Source: Bifidobacterium longum subsp. longum JCM 1217
GTDB taxonomy: Bacteria > Actinomycetota > Actinomycetes > Actinomycetales > Bifidobacteriaceae
NCBI RefSeq assembly: GCF_000196555.1
Contig: NC_015067.1
Span: forward strand, 1,440,001-1,472,000
DNA length: 32,000 nucleotides
Direction of reading: 5' to 3'
Positions 8,866 through 16,802 of this stretch are shown here, piece after piece (position 1 is the first letter of the stretch; the number at the start of each line of letters is the position of its first letter). Position numbers and translations under genes: made by a program. The notes under the pieces are model-generated. The model did no database searches. It had not been told where the DNA came from and was given only the letters and a program-made list of their open reading frames with translations.

Positions 8866-8891
8866 GAAACCCCGCTCGGAAGCGGGGTTTC
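8866..8891 (-). terminator. intrinsic terminator of the infC-rpmI-rplT operon
   Basis: On the minus strand, GAAACCCCGCT-tccg-AGCGGGGTTTC is followed by TTTGT. It ends 8 nt before the xerD ATG. Confidence 0.7.
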
Positions 8892-8917
8892 TAGTGTGAA
8901 GTCACGACTTCAAGCAA

Positions 8918-9301
8918 TCAGGCCTCAACCGGAGCGTTGACGTCCTCAGGCAGGGCGGCCTTGGCGGCGTCCACGATGGTCTTGAAGGTGTCCGGGTCGG
9001 AGACGGCGATCTCAGCCAGAGCGCGACGATCCAGCTCGATGCCGGCGAGACGCAGGCCCTGGATGAAGCGGTTGTAGGTGATGCCCTCAGCGCGGACGGC
9101 AGCATTGATGCGCTGGATCCACAGCTTGCGGAAGTCGCCCTTGCGAGCCTTGCGGTCACGGAAGTTGTAGTTAAAGGAGTGCAGCAGCTGTTCCTTGGCC
9201 TTGCGGTACAGGCGGGAGCGCTGGCCACGGTAGCCGGAAGCCCTCTCGAGAACAACGCGACGCTTCTTGTGGGCGTTCACTGCGCGCTTGACACGTGCCA
9301 T
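8918..9301 (-). CDS. rplT: 50S ribosomal protein L20
   Basis: 127 aa, [42 protein letters not shown]... Confidence 0.97.
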   Translation of the reverse strand: MARVKRAVNAHKKRRVVLERASGYRGQRSRLYRKAKEQLLHSFNYNFRDRKARKGDFRKLWIQRINAAVRAEGITYNRFIQGLRLAGIELDRRALAEIAVSDPDTFKTIVDAAKAALPEDVNAPVEA

Positions 9302-9353
9302 AATCTATTCCTCAGCTTTCTAAAGTCTTGTTATTTCCGGGTAAGCCCTATGC

Positions 9354-9548
9354 TCACTTCTGCAGAAGCTGGTGCAGCTTCTTGGCCTGGCCGCCGCGCA
9401 GCACATCGTCGGCGGACAGTTCACGGCGCTTGCGAGCGGACTTGTGCTCGAGGTTGTGGCGCATGGCGGAACCGACATGCTTCACCTTGCCGGTGCCGGT
9501 GATCTTGGCGCGCTTGGAAGCGGCGGAATTAGTTTTCATCTTCGGCAT
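9354..9548 (-). CDS. rpmI: 50S ribosomal protein L35
   Basis: Internal ATG 9548 of ORF 9354..9746 gives 64 aa: [42 protein letters not shown]... The longer ORF is an Arg/Pro-rich artefact. Confidence 0.95.
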
Positions 9549-10251
9549 TGCTGCCCTCCTTGCTGGTTTGCTTCTTGTCGGAAGTCTTCTGAGAAATCGC
9601 GGACTGCGCGTCGGCCGCGGCCTGAGCCTGAGACTCCTGCTTGGCCGCGAGACGAGCCGCCTGGCGAGCCTGACGCTCGGCGCGGGACTCGGCGCCACGA
9701 CGACGCTGCTCGGACTGGGTGTGCACCTTCTTGCCCTTCGGCGCAAGGGTCATGATGATGTTGCGGCCCTCCTGCTTCGGCTTGGACTCGACGGTGCCGT
9801 ATTCCTCGACATCGTCGGCCAGACGCTGCAGCAGTTCCACGCCACCAATCGGGCGGGAGATCTCACGACCGCGCAACATGATGGTGACCTTGACCTTGTC
9901 GCCTCCGTTAAGGAAGCGGGTCACATGGCCCTTCTTCACGTCGAAATCGTGGTCGTCAATCTTCAGGCGGAAACGAATCTCCTTGATTTCCGCGGTGCTC
10001 TGGTTGCGGCGAGCTTCACGAGCCTTGATCTTCTCGTTGTACTTGAACTTGCCGTAATCAATGAGCTTGGCGACCGGAGGCTTCGCGTTCGGGGCCACCT
10101 CGACGAGATCGAGGTTTGCCTCCTTGGCCAGGTTCAGCGCGACGGAAGTCGCGATGACGCCCACCTGCTCGCCCTTCGGGCCGATCAGGCGTACCTGCGG
10201 GACGCGAATCTCGTCGTTAATACGTGGTTCGTCGCTGATGATGACTCCAAT
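9529..10251 (-). CDS. infC: translation initiation factor IF-3, with a non-canonical start (ATT 10251 or ATC 10242/10239) and a long polar C-terminal tail
   Basis: The ORF track starts at GTG 10164. The same frame stays open upstream to TAG 10257-10255 and encodes the conserved IF-3 N-terminus (I)[31 protein letters not shown]. There is no ATG, GTG or TTG in that stretch. AGAGGA lies 8 nt upstream of the first ATC. The 3' end overlaps the rpmI start by 20 nt. Confidence 0.85.
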
Positions 10252-10535
10252 CCTCTACTTCAATTCCGTGGCGAGGGCCTTTGCTGGAGTCCTGTTCAAT
10301 GCTTTGGGTTCATGGCAAGCCAAAGCCCGCGCCAATATGCGCTCAGCTTCTGCAGACGCATATCAGTTCTTTGCGTCATTCCTGATTACGCGTTGTATAT
10401 CGCAATCGCTAGGCTGTTTGCCTTGAACCCGAGGCCTTGAAAGGCTTCCAGGTGGGGTTGCCCCGCTTTCTTGATTTCTCAAGCCAAATAGAAAGTCTAC
10501 CATACGCCCGGACATTCGCGGTCCGTGTGTCGAAC

Positions 10536-11670
10536 CTACTGCACGGCGCGCAGCAGACCGCCGAAGCCTTCGTCTTTGAGAATCTGCCGATATGGGCCGG
10601 CCTCATCGGCGATGATTTGATCGATGGCATGCATGCCGAGTACTTCGACCGGCGCCTTGTCGTCGGTGAGAATAGTCGACGCTGAGTCCGGTTCGTTCAC
10701 CTTCCGGAATCGAGAGGCGACCTCTTCCATATACCATTCGAGATCTTCGCTGCCGGTGCGCTCGTAGGTGGTCTCACGCAGGTTGAGCGCCTTGGAGGCC
10801 TGCTGCATGGAGTTCTCTTCGGAGCCGGAACCCGGCTTCTTGGCGAACAGTTCACGGTTCGTGGTGTTCGGCACGTCGGCCGTCAGTGTGTTCCCATTGC
10901 CGAACACGCTGGCGATGGTATCGCTCAACGCCTCGTTGATCGAACCTTGGCCGTCCGAGATCATGTTCATGTTCACCACCATCACGCCGCCGGGGTTCAG
11001 GTGCTCTCTGACCATGGTGAAGAACTCGGTGGAGCTCATCTGGAAGGGAATGGTGATGTCCTGATACGCATCGACCATGATCACGTCGTACTTGTCATGC
11101 GAGGCGGCGAGCCAGGCTCGGCCGTCATACGTGGTCACGGGGATGTCGGCGGGCTCATCGAAGTATTCGCCGGCCAGATCGGTGATCTTCTGGTCAATCT
11201 CCACGCCGGTGATGTTCATTTTCGGATAATACTGCTTCAGCTGGCGGGCGTAGGTGCCGGTGCCCATGCCGAGGATCAGCGCGGAATTGGCATTGTCGGC
11301 GAGCGCCGGCGCAGCCAGGGCCGTGTCGTAGTACATACCTGTCAGTCCTTTGTCTTTCATCGTGACGGACTGCACGCCGAACAGCACGTTGGTGGACAGG
11401 ATCGTGCGGTCGGAGAGGTTCTTGACCTGCAGGTAGTTGTAGATGGACTCGCCCTCATAGGCCAGGTTGGTTTCCCAGAACGCGAAGCCGGTCAGGGGCG
11501 AGACACAGGACGTGGCCACGAAGATCACGGCGCTGACCACGCAGGCGATGCGCTTGGCCTTGATCGAGATGAAGTAGATCAGCGGACATGCCGGAGAAGA
11601 ATTCGGTGATGTAGAGGAATATCTTTGATTTGAGAATCGGCCGTTCGCTTGCCTCGGTGATCTGTGCCAT
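10536..11670 (-). pseudogene. spermidine-synthase-like (AdoMet-dependent aminopropyltransferase fold) membrane protein, apparently frameshifted or internally deleted near its 5' end
   Basis: The frame starting at ATG 11670 gives MAQITEASERPILKSKIFLYITEFFSGMS, then Arg-rich nonsense to a stop at 11455. The +1 frame becomes sensible from about 11590: PLIYFISIKAKRIACVVSAVIFVATS...FAFWETNLAYEGESIYNYLQV...ILGMGTGTYARQL...VEID...DVIMVDAY...NPGGVMVVN. The upstream part of the 520-aa ORF (to 12098) is antisense to the thiamine diphosphokinase gene and is spurious. Confidence 0.5.
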
Positions 11671-11771
11671 CGCTCCGCTCCCCTGCCTGTGCGCCTATCG
11701 ACTACTGTTCTGATGCGTAGCCTATCAGCATTTTCCCGGCCGATGGGTGGATACCGGCTACAGTAGGCATC

Positions 11772-12497
11772 ATGACTCAGGTATGCGTGATTTTTGGTGC
11801 GGGCGAATACTATGCGGGCACGCCCGTGGTGCCGGCCGGCGCGTATGTGATTGCGGCCGATGGCGGGCTCGACCATACGCGCCAGTTGGGTATCGTGCCC
11901 GATGTGGTGGTGGGCGACTTCGATTCGCTGGAGGGCCGGCCGCCCCGCACCGATGTGCGCACCATCGCGCTGCCCGCGCTGAAGGACGATCCGGACATGC
12001 TCTCCGCGCTGAAGGTCGGTTGGTCGGCGGGTTGCCGCGAATTCCATGTCTATGGCGGTTTGGGCGGCCGCATTGACCATACGATTTCCGGCATTCAACT
12101 GATGGCATTATTGGCCCGGCATGGGGCAAGCGGGTATCTGTATGGTGATGGGCTCATCGTCACGGCCATCACCGATGGTAGGCTTTCGTTCCCCGCGCAT
12201 CCGGTGCCCGAGGACGGCCGCATGGTGTCTGCGTTCTCCCACTCCGATGTTTCGCTTGGCGTGAACGAGCCGGGGCTGAAATATGAGCTTAAAGACGGCA
12301 CGCTGACCAATACGGTGGTGCAGGGGGTCAGCAACGAGTTCCGCGACGGCGTGGACGCGGCCATCAGCGTGGAGCACGGCACACTGATCGTCACCTTCCC
12401 CATCGAGGTGGCGTTGCCTCAGGTGAGTCGATTCCACGAATTTGGCGGCGATATCGGCGAGCTGGACACCGCAGTGTCCAAGCTGCTGGTTCGCTGA
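11772..12497 (+). CDS. thiamine diphosphokinase (thiamine pyrophosphokinase)
   Basis: 241 aa. Contains VCVIFGAGEYY...VIAADGGLDH...VVGDFDSL...KDDPDMLSALK...HVYGGLGGRIDHTISGIQLM, followed by a C-terminal thiamine-binding-like beta domain. Confidence 0.8.
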   Translation: MTQVCVIFGAGEYYAGTPVVPAGAYVIAADGGLDHTRQLGIVPDVVVGDFDSLEGRPPRTDVRTIALPALKDDPDMLSALKVGWSAGCREFHVYGGLGGRIDHTISGIQLMALLARHGASGYLYGDGLIVTAITDGRLSFPAHPVPEDGRMVSAFSHSDVSLGVNEPGLKYELKDGTLTNTVVQGVSNEFRDGVDAAISVEHGTLIVTFPIEVALPQVSRFHEFGGDIGELDTAVSKLLVR

Positions 12498-12582
12498 CTT
12501 GCATGCCGCGCGCTTGCTCATGATGATTCGAGACATTCCTCCAAAGGAGAGGAAAAATCACATGTCGGTTGCGGGCAATCCG

Positions 12583-12600
12583 AATTGTGAGCGCTCACAG
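12583..12600. promoter_or_regulatory. LacI-family operator candidate upstream of gap (perfect 14-bp palindrome)
   Basis: AATTGTGAGCGCTCACAG contains the perfect palindrome TGTGAGCGCTCACA at 12586-12599. That sequence matches the core of the symmetric lac operator. It lies about 140 nt upstream of the gap ATG. Confidence 0.55.
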
Positions 12601-12638
12601 AAAATACGGCATTTTTGCCCAAAACGCACGCTGAAACG

Positions 12639-12668
12639 TTGCCATGTGTACAGAGTCGGCATTACAGT
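12639..12668 (+). promoter_or_regulatory. possible sigma-70-type promoter for gap
   Basis: TTGCCA (12639-12644), an 18-nt spacer, then TACAGT (12663-12668). Hexamer match only; no other support. Confidence 0.25.
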
Positions 12669-12737
12669 AGCAACTGTTGGTAAACAATGGCCCGGTGTGC
12701 CAAAGCGCGCCAAGGCCACCCTACAAGGGAGAATTAC

Positions 12738-13796
12738 ATGACAGTTAAGATTGGTATCAACGGCTTCGGTCGCATTGGTCGTCTCGCCTTCCGTCGCATC
12801 TTCGAGCTGCAGGCTCGCGGCGGCCAGGCTGGTGACATTGAAGTTGCCGCCATCAACGATCTGACCACCCCGGCTACCCTGGCTTACCTGCTGAAGTACG
12901 ACAGCACCCACGGCACCTTCCGTCATGACGATGGCACTCCGGTTGACGTCAAGGCCACCGAAGACTCCATCATCGTCGACGGCAAGGAATACAAGGTCTA
13001 CGCCGAGAAGGACGCCAACAACATTCCGTGGGTCAAGAACGACGGTGTTGAGTACGTGCTCGAGTGCACCGGCTTCTACACCTCCGCCGAGAAGTCCCAG
13101 GCTCACATCAACGCTGGCGCCAAGAAGGTCCTGATCTCCGCCCCGGCCAAGGATGACACCACCCCGACCGTTGTGTTCGGCGTGAACCACGACATCCTCA
13201 AGGCTTCCGACGTGATCGTCTCCGCCGGTTCCTGCACCACCAACTCCATGGCCGCCATGGTCAAGCTGCTGGACGAGAAGTTCGGCATCAAGGCCGGCTT
13301 CATGACCACCATCCACGCCTACACCGGCACTCAGATGCTGCTCGATGGCCCGCGTGGCACCAAGACCGGCCGCAACCTGCGCGCCGCCGCCATCAACACC
13401 ATCGCCCACTCCACCGGCGCTGCCAAGGCCATCGGCAAGGTCGTTCCGTCCGTGAACGGCAAGCTGCAGGGCCACGCCCAGCGCGTCCAGGTTCCGGACG
13501 GCTCCGTCACCGAGCTGACCACCGTTCTGAACACCGAGACCACCGCCGACGAGATCAACGCCGCCTTCAAGGCTGCCTTCTCCGACACCGATTACTACGG
13601 CTACAACGATGAGGGCATCGTCTCCTCCGACATCCTCGGCGACACCCACGGTGGCGTGTTCGACCCGACCCAGACCGACGTCAACACCATTGATGGCGTG
13701 ACCCTGGCTCGCACCGTGTCCTTCTACGACAACGAGTACGGCTTCACCTCCAACATGATCCGTACCCTGCTGTACTTCGCTGAGATCTCCGAGTGA
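12738..13796 (+). CDS. gap: glyceraldehyde-3-phosphate dehydrogenase
   Basis: [20 protein letters not shown]...[17 protein letters not shown]...[25 protein letters not shown] lies 6 nt upstream of ATG 12738. The ORF-track start at 12687 is an upstream in-frame extension. Confidence 0.97.
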   Translation: MTVKIGINGFGRIGRLAFRRIFELQARGGQAGDIEVAAINDLTTPATLAYLLKYDSTHGTFRHDDGTPVDVKATEDSIIVDGKEYKVYAEKDANNIPWVKNDGVEYVLECTGFYTSAEKSQAHINAGAKKVLISAPAKDDTTPTVVFGVNHDILKASDVIVSAGSCTTNSMAAMVKLLDEKFGIKAGFMTTIHAYTGTQMLLDGPRGTKTGRNLRAAAINTIAHSTGAAKAIGKVVPSVNGKLQGHAQRVQVPDGSVTELTTVLNTETTADEINAAFKAAFSDTDYYGYNDEGIVSSDILGDTHGGVFDPTQTDVNTIDGVTLARTVSFYDNEYGFTSNMIRTLLYFAEISE

Positions 13797-13842
13797 ACCA
13801 TTGCGGTCTAGGCCGCTACGGTTCGTTTGAGAACTAAGCTGT

Positions 13843-13869
13843 GAGACCCCCGCCTTGTGCGGGGGTTTC
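13843..13869 (+). terminator. intrinsic terminator after gap
   Basis: GAGACCCCCGC-cttgt-GCGGGGGTTTC (one G-U pair) is followed by TTCGT. Confidence 0.65.
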
Positions 13870-13889
13870 TTCGTAGTAGAACGGTAATC

Positions 13890-14399
13890 ATGGCAAAGAA
13901 AAGCAAGCATGATAAGGGCGCGGGTTCCACTCCGGCGACAGTCCAACTGGAGAAGGCGGGCGTGGAATTCCACGTATACGAATACGAGCACTCCAACGAC
14001 CATATGGATGACGGCTACGGCGTGGAGGCGGCCACCAAGCTCGGCTTCGACGAGCATCAGGTGTTCAAGACGTTGATGGCGGACACCGGTGCCGAACGCG
14101 TGGTGGGCGTGGTACCGGTGAGCGGTCATATGGATTTGAAAGCCTTGGCTGCAGCCGTAGGTGCCAAGAAGGCCTCTATGGCCGATCCCAAGGTGGCGAT
14201 GCGTGAATCCGGTTATGTGGTTGGCGGCATCTCGCCGTTAGGCCAGAAGACACGTCATAAGACTGTGTTGGATGAAAGCGCCCTGCAATTCGACCAAATT
14301 CTGGTCTCCGGCGGCAAGCGAGGCCTGTCTGTGGGCGTGAATCCACAGGACCTGCTCAAGGTCTTGAACGCCGTTGCCGCACCAATCGGCACGTGGTGA
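13890..14399 (+). CDS. ybaK: Cys-tRNA(Pro)/Cys-tRNA(Cys) deacylase YbaK
   Basis: From ATG 13890: MAKKSKHDKGAGSTPATVQLEKAGVEFHVYEYEH...VFKTLMAD...MADPKVAMRESGYVVGGISPLGQKTRHKTVLDES...ILVSGGKRGLSVGV. This is collinear with E. coli YbaK as I remember it. The ORF-track start at 13857 lies inside the gap terminator. Confidence 0.9.
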   Translation: MAKKSKHDKGAGSTPATVQLEKAGVEFHVYEYEHSNDHMDDGYGVEAATKLGFDEHQVFKTLMADTGAERVVGVVPVSGHMDLKALAAAVGAKKASMADPKVAMRESGYVVGGISPLGQKTRHKTVLDESALQFDQILVSGGKRGLSVGVNPQDLLKVLNAVAAPIGTW

Positions 14400-14402
14400 C
14401 CG

Positions 14403-14435
14403 TTCTTGGCTCCCCTCACGGAGGGGAGCCAAGAA
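14403..14435. terminator. bidirectional terminator hairpin between convergent ybaK and ispH (member of the GCTCCCCTC repeat family)
   Basis: TTCTTGGCTCCCCTC-acg-GAGGGGAGCCAAGAA is a perfect 15-bp stem. It fills nearly all of the 39-nt gap between the two stop codons. Confidence 0.7.
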
Positions 14436-14438
14436 TGA

Positions 14439-15431
14439 CTACTTCTTCCTGCGCAACTCCGCCGGCAGCACAAAGTGCATGTTTTCTTTGATGGTTTCGA
14501 CGGACTTCATACCGGTGAAACCCAAGTTTTGCAGAGCGTCAATCACACCGGACACCAGTTCGTCCGGTACGGAGGCACCCGAGGAGATACCTACGGATTC
14601 CAGACCCACGAACCATGCCGGGTCAAGCTCGCTGGCATCATCCACGCGATACGCTTTGCCGCGCTCCCCCAAGCCCTCCTGCGCCACCTCCATCAGTCGC
14701 ACGGAATTCGAGGAGTTGGCCGATCCGACAATCACCACGCAATCGGACTGCTGGGCCACCAGTTTGACCGCAGCCTGACGATTCGACGTGGCATAGCAGA
14801 TATCCGAACTCGGCGGCTCTTGAATCCAAGGGAATTTGGCCTTCAGCGCGGCAATGGTATCGGCGGTCTCGTCCACGCTCAACGTGGTCTGCGAGAGCAG
14901 CACCAGCTTGGTGTCGGGCGCAAAATCCAGCGAATCGACATCCGATTCATGCTCGATCAAGTGCACGTGTTCGGGGCTCTCCCCCACTACACCGACCGCT
15001 TCATCGTGACCTTTATGCCCGATATAGACGATTTCATACCCCTCGCGCACGAAACGCAGCACCTCACGGTGCACCTTACCCACCAGAGGGCAGGTGGCAT
15101 CCACCACATGCATGCCACGACGTTCGGCTTCCGCCTTCACTACCGGAGATACGCCATGGGCGGAAAACACCACCGGAATACCCGCTTGGGCAGCAGCATC
15201 CGGAATCTCCGCCAATTCCTGGACGAACACCGCGCCTTGCCCGGCCAAGTCCTCGACCACATGCTTGTTGTGCACGATCTGCCGGCGCACATATACCGGG
15301 GGCAGCCCATCCTCGCGCGTCCGCTTTCCGGAAGCCTCCGCGGCTTTGAGAATGGTCTGTACGGTAAGAATCGCACGGTCCACACCCGCGCAGAAGCCTC
15401 GCGGATCAGCGAGCACAACGCTTTTGGTCAT
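14439..15431 (-). CDS. ispH: 4-hydroxy-3-methylbut-2-enyl diphosphate reductase
   Basis: From ATG 15431: MTKSVVLADPRGFCAGVDRAI...FSAHGVSP...DATCPLVGKVH...HKGHDEAVG...CYATSNRQ...GSANSSNS. GAGG lies 5 nt upstream. Confidence 0.93.
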   Translation of the reverse strand: MTKSVVLADPRGFCAGVDRAILTVQTILKAAEASGKRTREDGLPPVYVRRQIVHNKHVVEDLAGQGAVFVQELAEIPDAAAQAGIPVVFSAHGVSPVVKAEAERRGMHVVDATCPLVGKVHREVLRFVREGYEIVYIGHKGHDEAVGVVGESPEHVHLIEHESDVDSLDFAPDTKLVLLSQTTLSVDETADTIAALKAKFPWIQEPPSSDICYATSNRQAAVKLVAQQSDCVVIVGSANSSNSVRLMEVAQEGLGERGKAYRVDDASELDPAWFVGLESVGISSGASVPDELVSGVIDALQNLGFTGMKSVETIKENMHFVLPAELRRKK

Positions 15432-15721
15432 CGGAACCTCCTGAACGTCAATAGTGTTTTCCAGTGTAAGGCAGGGATTACAGGAATCTGCCGTCACAAC
15501 TTTTCCGCGTCTCCCACAAATCACCGGTTTCCAAGGAATCCACGTGCTTCTCGCATGATGGTGTGAGACTCGTCACTCCACGTATTGCTACCGTGTTTAT
15601 ACGAATTGTTTATTATATGCCGCATATCGCCAATCCCCGCCTCGATAGAGGAGACGCGCTAGACTGGGGCCAGCGATAGCAGGAGCTACCGGCCCACCAA
15701 CCTCACTACGGGAGTGATTCC

Positions 15722-16678
15722 ATGACGAGTAAAACACCACGCACCGGAAATCAGTATTCGATTCACTATGGCGATTATTCCGCCGTCATCTGCGAACTCG
15801 GCGCCAAGATTCGCCGATTCGATTATCAAGGCAAGGAAATTTTCTGCCCGTTCGGCGTCAACGACCTGACCCCCACCTGTAACGGTTATGTGCTGGCCCC
15901 GTGGCCAAACCGCATCGAAAACGGCGAATACGATTTCAATGGCAAGCATTACTGCGCGCCGGTTAACGAATATCATCCCGCACCGCGCAACAATGCGAAC
16001 CACGGATACGCCTACCACTACATGTGGAAGCTTGAATCGTTGACCGATAGCGCCGTGACGCTTTCGCTGCGCTTCCCCAACTTGGACGGATACCCGTTCG
16101 ATGTGACCGTGACCGTCACCTACGAACTCGGCGACAACGGCATGACCGCGACCGTCAATGCCCGCAATGATGGCGACGAACCGGCACCGTGGGCTCTCGG
16201 CCTGCATCCGTGGCTGGCCAACGGCAAGCAGGGCGCAACTGCCGCCGAACGCGATGCCGACTCCGCCGCCTGCCACCTGCAGATTAAGGCCGCCAGTCAT
16301 GTGACGGTGAACGAGGCGCTGATTCCCACCGGCACCGAACCGGTTACCGGTATCTACGACCTGAACGATGGCCCGACGCTCGAAGGCCGAGCCTTTGATG
16401 ATGCCTGGGTTGACGTGGAGCGTGCCGCCGATGGTACGACCACCACCACATTCACCCGCCCGGACGGTATCGAAGTGAAAATCATTGGCGATGAGACGAT
16501 TAATGCTTGGCAGTGCTACACCGCCACTGGCGCACCGTTCGCCGAGCATCCGTATGGCATCGCCGTCGAGCCGATGACCGCCCCGGCCAATGCCTTCCGC
16601 ACTGGTGACCACTTGGTGACGCTCGCCCCCAACGGCGACTACACCACTGTGGTCCGCTACGAAGTAGTCCAGAAGTAG
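15722..16678 (+). CDS. aldose 1-epimerase (galactose mutarotase-like) family protein, paralog 1
   Basis: 318 aa: ...NGYVLAPWPNRIENGEYDFNGKHY...NHGYAYHYMW...GLHPWLANG...AVEPMTAPANAF. GGGAG lies 7 nt upstream of the ATG. Confidence 0.85.
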   Translation: MTSKTPRTGNQYSIHYGDYSAVICELGAKIRRFDYQGKEIFCPFGVNDLTPTCNGYVLAPWPNRIENGEYDFNGKHYCAPVNEYHPAPRNNANHGYAYHYMWKLESLTDSAVTLSLRFPNLDGYPFDVTVTVTYELGDNGMTATVNARNDGDEPAPWALGLHPWLANGKQGATAAERDADSAACHLQIKAASHVTVNEALIPTGTEPVTGIYDLNDGPTLEGRAFDDAWVDVERAADGTTTTTFTRPDGIEVKIIGDETINAWQCYTATGAPFAEHPYGIAVEPMTAPANAFRTGDHLVTLAPNGDYTTVVRYEVVQK

Positions 16679-16689
16679 TTCTGTTACGC

Positions 16690-16720
16690 TGGCTCCCCTC
16701 CAGAGGGGAGCCAATTTTTT
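16690..16720 (+). terminator. intrinsic terminator after epimerase paralog 1 (repeat-family hairpin plus T6)
   Basis: TGGCTCCCCTC-ca-GAGGGGAGCCA is followed by TTTTTT. Confidence 0.8.
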
Positions 16721-16760
16721 ATCCTTATGTGCCGCCGCGTCTTGGGACTTATGCGATACG

Positions 16761-16778
16761 ATTGTGAGCGATAACAAT
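16761..16778. promoter_or_regulatory. LacI-family operator candidate upstream of epimerase paralog 2
   Basis: ATTGTGAGCGATAACAAT has half-sites matching at 7 of 9 positions. It equals E. coli lacO1 (AATTGTGAGCGGATAACAATT) minus one central G. It lies 25 nt upstream of ATG 16803 and overlaps the spurious GTG start at 16764. Confidence 0.55.
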
Positions 16779-16802
16779 TTGTTCCACAAAGGAGTGTGCA
16801 CT

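Noticed and set aside
8897-8912. Palindrome TGAAGTC-ac-GACTTCA next to xerD as a possible dif site
   Set aside because: It is far shorter than, and unlike, the 28-bp XerC/XerD dif architecture. It sits right after the rplT stop and is more simply a small secondary hairpin preceding the main terminator.
11671-11771. TPP riboswitch upstream of the thiamine diphosphokinase gene
   Set aside because: No CTGAGA/ACCTGATCTGGATAATGCCAGCG-type conserved TPP elements are visible, and the spacer is only about 100 nt.
11671-12098. N-terminal ~140 aa of the 520-aa ORF 10536..12098
   Set aside because: The sequence is Arg/His/Gly-rich nonsense and lies antisense to the well-supported thiamine diphosphokinase gene. 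The real spermidine-synthase-like gene cannot extend past about 11670.
12558-14129. 523-aa ORF on the minus strand covering gap and part of ybaK
   Set aside because: It is exactly antisense to an unmistakable GAPDH gene. The product is Gly/Val/Asp/Ala-rich low-complexity sequence, typical of stop-free antisense frames in high-GC DNA.
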